From Nymphon striatum (Eukaryota): a stretch of 64,000 bases of DNA. Below are positions 59,917-64,000 of this stretch, piece after piece. The stretch lies in NCBI GenBank assembly GCA_016618385.1, contig JABFOP010000159.1, forward strand, positions 438,555-502,554. Direction: 5' to 3'. The notes beneath the pieces were generated by a model. That model worked only from the letters and a program-made list of their open reading frames with translations, was not told the origin of the DNA and ran no database searches. The translations under genes and the position numbers were made by a program. Every line of letters starts with the position of its first letter. The first letter of the stretch is position 1.

Positions 59917-61650
59917 ATGGAGGAAGTCATGAAATGCCTCGAGTCACTGGAGTCGCTCTGGGGAGATTTTGAGAGTGAATTAGGAGTAACAGCCCGTCTT
60001 TGGAGCATGTACATAGACATGATGCTTATTCTAAGGCGTTACATCCATGCTGAGAGAGCTGGGCTATGGCAACAACACTTACAAGAGGTACGGAATATGC
60101 TACCCTATACCATTGCTTCCGGTCATAGTAAGTATATGTCCTGCCTTCCGATCTACCTAAATGAAATGCAAAAGCTTCCAGAAACAGCACCAGAAGTGCA
60201 CGAGGAGTTTGCAGCTGGCAAATTCACAGTTCACCAGACTGCAGGAGACTTCAATGGTGTGTGGACAGACCTTGCAATGGCATTCATCCAACGGTTCAAC
60301 ACACTTGGTTCGAGTACATTTGGCCAACTTCAGGAAAGATACAGGGACAAACTCTTGAACATGAAACCCAGACATTGCACTGAAGTGCATTTCGTGGGCG
60401 ATCAATATGATTTTGAGTTGAAGAGTCTAAAGTCCGATGAACGCCAGAGACAGGAGTCAAATATCAACTTGCCAGAGTATGTTCCAGCGGACAGCATGAA
60501 AATCCCTGATTGGAAGACATTGCTATCAAACCCTTGTAACAGGACCAATATGCTGTCTTATCTTGCTTCACGTTGGTCTCAGGAGGCATCCTGGCCTGCT
60601 GGCTTCTGCCTGGTTCTTGGAGTGAACGCCCAGGCAACTCGTGTGACGCAGACGGAACATACCGATGTTGATGAACTGTATTGCCCTAACCACGAGGAGG
60701 CTGACACCAGAATCTTTGCTCACATTGCTAGTTGTGACGACAACAACGTATTTGTCATTCAGGCTACAGATACAGATATCATCTTCTTGGCAATGTATCA
60801 TTTCCCTCGATTGCCAAACGTTGTTGAGTTATGGGTGGAGAAGAATGATCTGTTCCTCTCCATCCATGATTTAGTGAATGAGTTGGCCAAAGCAGTTGGA
60901 AAGGACGGGTTAGCACTCACAGACACACTGCTCATCTCATACATTCTGTCCGGTTGTGATTCGGTGAGCTATCCTTTCAAACGAGGTAAGAAGAGAACAG
61001 TGAAAGTCGCACTCGAGCATGTTGACAAACACCCAACTTTGTCCAATTGCATCCGACACGAATCCGGTCCTTCTGCACATGATCAGGTGATAACTGAAGC
61101 ACGAAGCTTCTTTTGTGATCTTTACGGAAAGCCAGGGTATTTATCCCTGGATAAGCTACGCGCCCACTTGTTTGCATCTAGCAAACTAGATCTGCGCTCC
61201 CTTCCTCCAACAGAAGATGCGTTTCACTTCCATGTTCTCAGGAGCCTTTGTCAGATCTGCTTATACAAGCAAGCCTCACTCAGCAATCCAGTGCTTCTTC
61301 CACCTGAAGAGTATGGCAGAATTGTGGATGGTGACAGGTTAATTCCTGTCATGAAGAGCAAGCCATCAAAGCCTTCTGCTGCGAAGTTAAAGTACTGTAA
61401 ATGCAAGAAGAAACCGAACTGCCTGAGGAACTGCCCTTGTGCGAAAGCTGCAGTACCATGCATAATTGCATGTGCCTGCAATGGCGACAGAGAAAAATGT
61501 GGACGGCTTCTGACTGATCATTATGATGATGATGATGATAATGATGATGATGATGATGATGATGAGGAAATAGTGCTAATGACACTTTTGTACCGCACAA
61601 TTAAAAATGAAATATATGTAGTTAAATTCCTGATTTTAGTGATTTTTTAA
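59917..61650 (+). CDS. Uncharacterised protein: putative PIN/FEN-like 5'-nuclease core + H3TH-like motif + C-terminal CxC cysteine cluster + poly-Asp tail
   Basis: Open frame 59839-61650 (601 aa from TTG; first ATG at 59917, giving 577 aa). 'NHEEADTRIFAHIA', 'VIQATDTDIIFLAMYHF', 'LISYILSGCDSVSYPFKRGKKRTVKVAL', 'CKCKKKPNCLRNCPCAKAAVPCIIACACNGDREKCGR', 'DHYDDDDDNDDDDDDDEE'. There are no internal stops. Confidence 0.6.
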   Translation: MEEVMKCLESLESLWGDFESELGVTARLWSMYIDMMLILRRYIHAERAGLWQQHLQEVRNMLPYTIASGHSKYMSCLPIYLNEMQKLPETAPEVHEEFAAGKFTVHQTAGDFNGVWTDLAMAFIQRFNTLGSSTFGQLQERYRDKLLNMKPRHCTEVHFVGDQYDFELKSLKSDERQRQESNINLPEYVPADSMKIPDWKTLLSNPCNRTNMLSYLASRWSQEASWPAGFCLVLGVNAQATRVTQTEHTDVDELYCPNHEEADTRIFAHIASCDDNNVFVIQATDTDIIFLAMYHFPRLPNVVELWVEKNDLFLSIHDLVNELAKAVGKDGLALTDTLLISYILSGCDSVSYPFKRGKKRTVKVALEHVDKHPTLSNCIRHESGPSAHDQVITEARSFFCDLYGKPGYLSLDKLRAHLFASSKLDLRSLPPTEDAFHFHVLRSLCQICLYKQASLSNPVLLPPEEYGRIVDGDRLIPVMKSKPSKPSAAKLKYCKCKKKPNCLRNCPCAKAAVPCIIACACNGDREKCGRLLTDHYDDDDDNDDDDDDDEEIVLMTLLYRTIKNEIYVVKFLILVIF

Positions 61651-62413
61651 AAATTTATGTAAATCTAAAGTGACATTCATGCCAGTAATTTAAGTTCAGT
61701 CGGGGCATTACTTTCCTAAAAACATTAGAGGGATGCAAAGAACATATTCTGGGTGTGAAAATCTGGATATATTAAGCTTAAAGTAGGAAAAATGTGAAAT
61801 GTTTGATAAAGGCGTTAAATTTTCAGCTTGACTCACTTTCCGTAACCTTTTGACCTCTGTTGACCTCATGGATGGTCCAATCAAATTGAATCTTGTTTCA
61901 TATAAAAGCCAAGCTTATAACAAAAAGAATGAGTGGTCATTTGTTGCATTCACCCTTTTATTATGGGATATATGGTCAATTGAATTTCCCCTACCCCTCA
62001 ATTTCTTGTTTTTTACAATTGACGCTCCATGTTAAAAAAACGTCCCTACAGAATTCGTGCAATTCAAACCACCTTGCTAACGTCACTTTTCTGATGGCTA
62101 ACACCCCCACAGACATGATCTAGGGGTCAAAAATTTTATATTAGGGGTGTCACATAAAAATCAAATTTTGAGGTCTCGGATCCCAGACTATCAATACTAA
62201 AGAGAATCCGTTGACACGACATATTTGTTGCACTGATCTATATAGTAGTCTGCACTGTTCAGGGTGCCATGATAGATTTACCATCAGAATTATCACTTGT
62301 CAGTCAACGGCACTGGTCAACGGGCTATCTGATGAGTACGAGAACCATATTATATATATATTTATCGCACAACCTTGACTTTATTGCATGCATTTGGAGT
62401 TCTTATATTTCCT

Positions 62414-62488
62414 GTATAAGGACACGTCCCTATATATATCGTATAAGGACACGTCCCTATATATATCGTATAAGGACACGTCCCTATA
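62414..62488. repeat. 26-bp tandem repeat x3 (gtataaggacacgtccctatatatatc)
   Basis: Read directly in the sequence. Located inside the composite element. Confidence 0.7.
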
Positions 62489-63394
62489 TTGGTGTTGATT
62501 ACAGACACAGGGAGTCTGAGATTGTGAATGTTGCCTACCACAAATTTATTGTTCCTTTGTTATATTCCAAACACGCCGTTTACTTAACAAGTCAGTTCTC
62601 GAGTTTCAATTATGTTCAGTTGCGTCATTTCTATTTTGTTGAATTGAAGAAATCGGATATTTTCTAACCGACTTCTCGGAATTCATTGAAGTGTTTAAAC
62701 TTTTCCCCCTCCCGTTCTCACCCTCTCACCCTCTCAGCAATTTATATTCTTTTTTTTAGCTTGACTGGCACAAAACGAATCAATTTTAAAATCTATTTTA
62801 ATTAATAAATTCATTTTCAAAGCTACCTGCCGGTTGTGCAATAAACAGAATATAAAATTCGTGCCCGTTGCCACGAGATATATGGAACTCGTCAACTTAG
62901 TTTTAATTTCAGCTCGCCAAGGCTCGCCAAGGCTCGCTGAAATAAAAACAAAGTTGACTCGTTCCATATATTTCGTAAGCAACGATCACTCATTCTATAT
63001 CCTCTATTTATATATTTTTTATATTTACGAGAACCATATACCCATCACTGAGCGGAAGTTTAAAATCGAAATCGAAAGTGCAGTTAAACTGTACTTTCGA
63101 TTTCGATTTTAAACTTCCGGTTAAACTGTACTTTCGATTTCGGTTTTAAACTTCCGCTCAACTACGCACGTGCGCACAAGGAGGTGTAATGACACGAAAG
63201 GAATGGCCGTAGTTTGTAACAGATTTTTACTATTTAACGCATTTTAAGAGGTAGTTTTGTGACGTTTTTTCTTTACCATTTCATGCTTTTTACTATGTTT
63301 TTCCCGAATCATCATAAAAACTTTTCAGTCGGCGGTAAAATAACACGGTCGGTCGGGTTACCGGAAACACAACATTTTTTTTTTTTGGCCTTAG

Positions 63395-63700
63395 TAATTC
63401 GATTAAAAAGTCGACTGTGAATCGCCTATTGATCGTAATCCAATTTAAATTTGACGTATGCTATAAATCTTGAAGTAAGGAAGACAACTATATGTGTGTC
63501 TTGAAATCAAATTCCAAAATTTGGGTGAGTTATAGCCATTCTTAGATCATGTACCAAAAATAATTTTTTCGTTTGAATCTAATTTGTCATTCGATTAAAA
63601 AGTCGATTGTGAGTCGCCTACTGATCGTAATCGTATTTGGATTGAGGGCAAGTTATAGAGCTTGAAGTAAGGAAGACAACATGTGTGTCTTTGTAGCTCC
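63395..63700. repeat. Satellite array resuming after the insertion (about 1.7 monomers)
   Basis: 'taattcgattaaaaagtcgactgtgaatcgcctattgatcgtaatccaattt...' continues the monomer interrupted at 58701. Confidence 0.7.
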
Positions 63701-64000
63701 CCAGGTTAAAAAGATATGGGGAACCAACAGTATTGGAGAAATTGAGCCCTCAATATGAATTTTTGTGGCCATATTTAATAAGACTAATTAGGCCCTTTCC
63801 CGAGGTCAGAATTTTGGTGGATTTTATGTATTTACAATCCTGAGAACCTATAGAATCAGAATCAGCAAACAGAAATTCTTTTTCAATTTTTTCTAGGTCA
63901 AATATTAAATTGACTGGACTACTTCTCCGATTGCAAATTTATGACAAAATTTGAAATTGGCGGCCATTTTGGACGTTTTAAACCTCTAAATAATGATTTT

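Larger units (their letters stand above)
58702..63390. mobile_element. About 4.7-kb composite TIR-bounded element (GGCCAAA(A)n..TGTGTTTCCGGTAAC termini, TTA target duplication) inserted into a satellite monomer, carrying the FEN-like nuclease ORF
   Basis: Left end 'GGCCAAACAAAAAAAAGGCTGTGTTTCCGGTAAC'. Reverse complement of right end 'GGCCAAAAAAAAAAAAAATGTTGTGTTTCCGGTAAC'. The satellite sequence 'cattagtaattcg' is split as 'catta|element|ttagtaattcg'. Confidence 0.6.

Noticed and set aside
61349-61600. Poly-histidine ORF antisense to the FEN-like gene
   Set aside because: It is the antisense reading of the (GAT)n tract that encodes the poly-Asp tail. It has no independent support.
1-64000. 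Prokaryotic or phage interpretation (operons, defence systems)
   Set aside because: Spliceosomal introns, SINE and LINE retroposons, ARM-repeat importin exons and an AT-rich satellite all point to a metazoan nuclear genome. No Shine-Dalgarno-led gene arrays are present.

Overview
This window reads as eukaryotic, most plausibly an AT-rich invertebrate metazoan genome. The support is the presence of GT-AG spliced exons, tRNA-derived SINEs, RTE-type LINE tails ending in (GAT)n, many TIR-bounded MITEs and satellite arrays. It is accessory and transposon-dense, with no prokaryotic operon structure, no CRISPR array and no genuine rRNA or tRNA genes.

Host genes:
- The last three coding exons of an importin-alpha gene (KPNA3/4-like ARM repeats) lie on the + strand at 4.5-8.6 kb.
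- An intron-bearing hAT-superfamily transposase gene runs antisense at 1-3.2 kb.
- A single-exon RING-B-box-NHL (TRIM-NHL-like) gene with a TATA box lies at 21.6-22.9 kb.
- A roughly 10-kb tandem duplication at 39-54 kb carries two copies of a ROCO-type gene (LRR, Roc GTPase, COR; MFHAS1-like architecture). Both copies are disabled by different frameshifts.

Most unusual signal:
- Three loci (23.2 kb, 56-57 kb, 59.8-61.7 kb) encode an uncharacterised protein family. Its conserved motifs match a PIN/FEN-like 5'-nuclease core ('EEAD(T/D)R...H', 'D(S/A)(P/T)DTD') followed by an H3TH-like 'SGCDS(V/T)S...GKK' motif. The intact 577-601 aa copy adds a C-terminal CxC cysteine cluster and a poly-Asp tail.
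- Every copy sits inside long inverted repeats.
- The intact copy is inside a roughly 4.7-kb element bounded by GGCCAAA...TTTGGCC terminal inverted repeats. That element interrupts a satellite monomer with a TTA target duplication, so it is a candidate undescribed nuclease-carrying DNA transposon.

Other features:
- hAT elements with CAGGGGCGGATC TIRs.
- A piggyBac-like TTAA MITE.
- A long-TIR element that carries an internal satellite.
- A SINE family with a tRNA head and a conserved core.
- Several nested insertions that give a relative insertion order.
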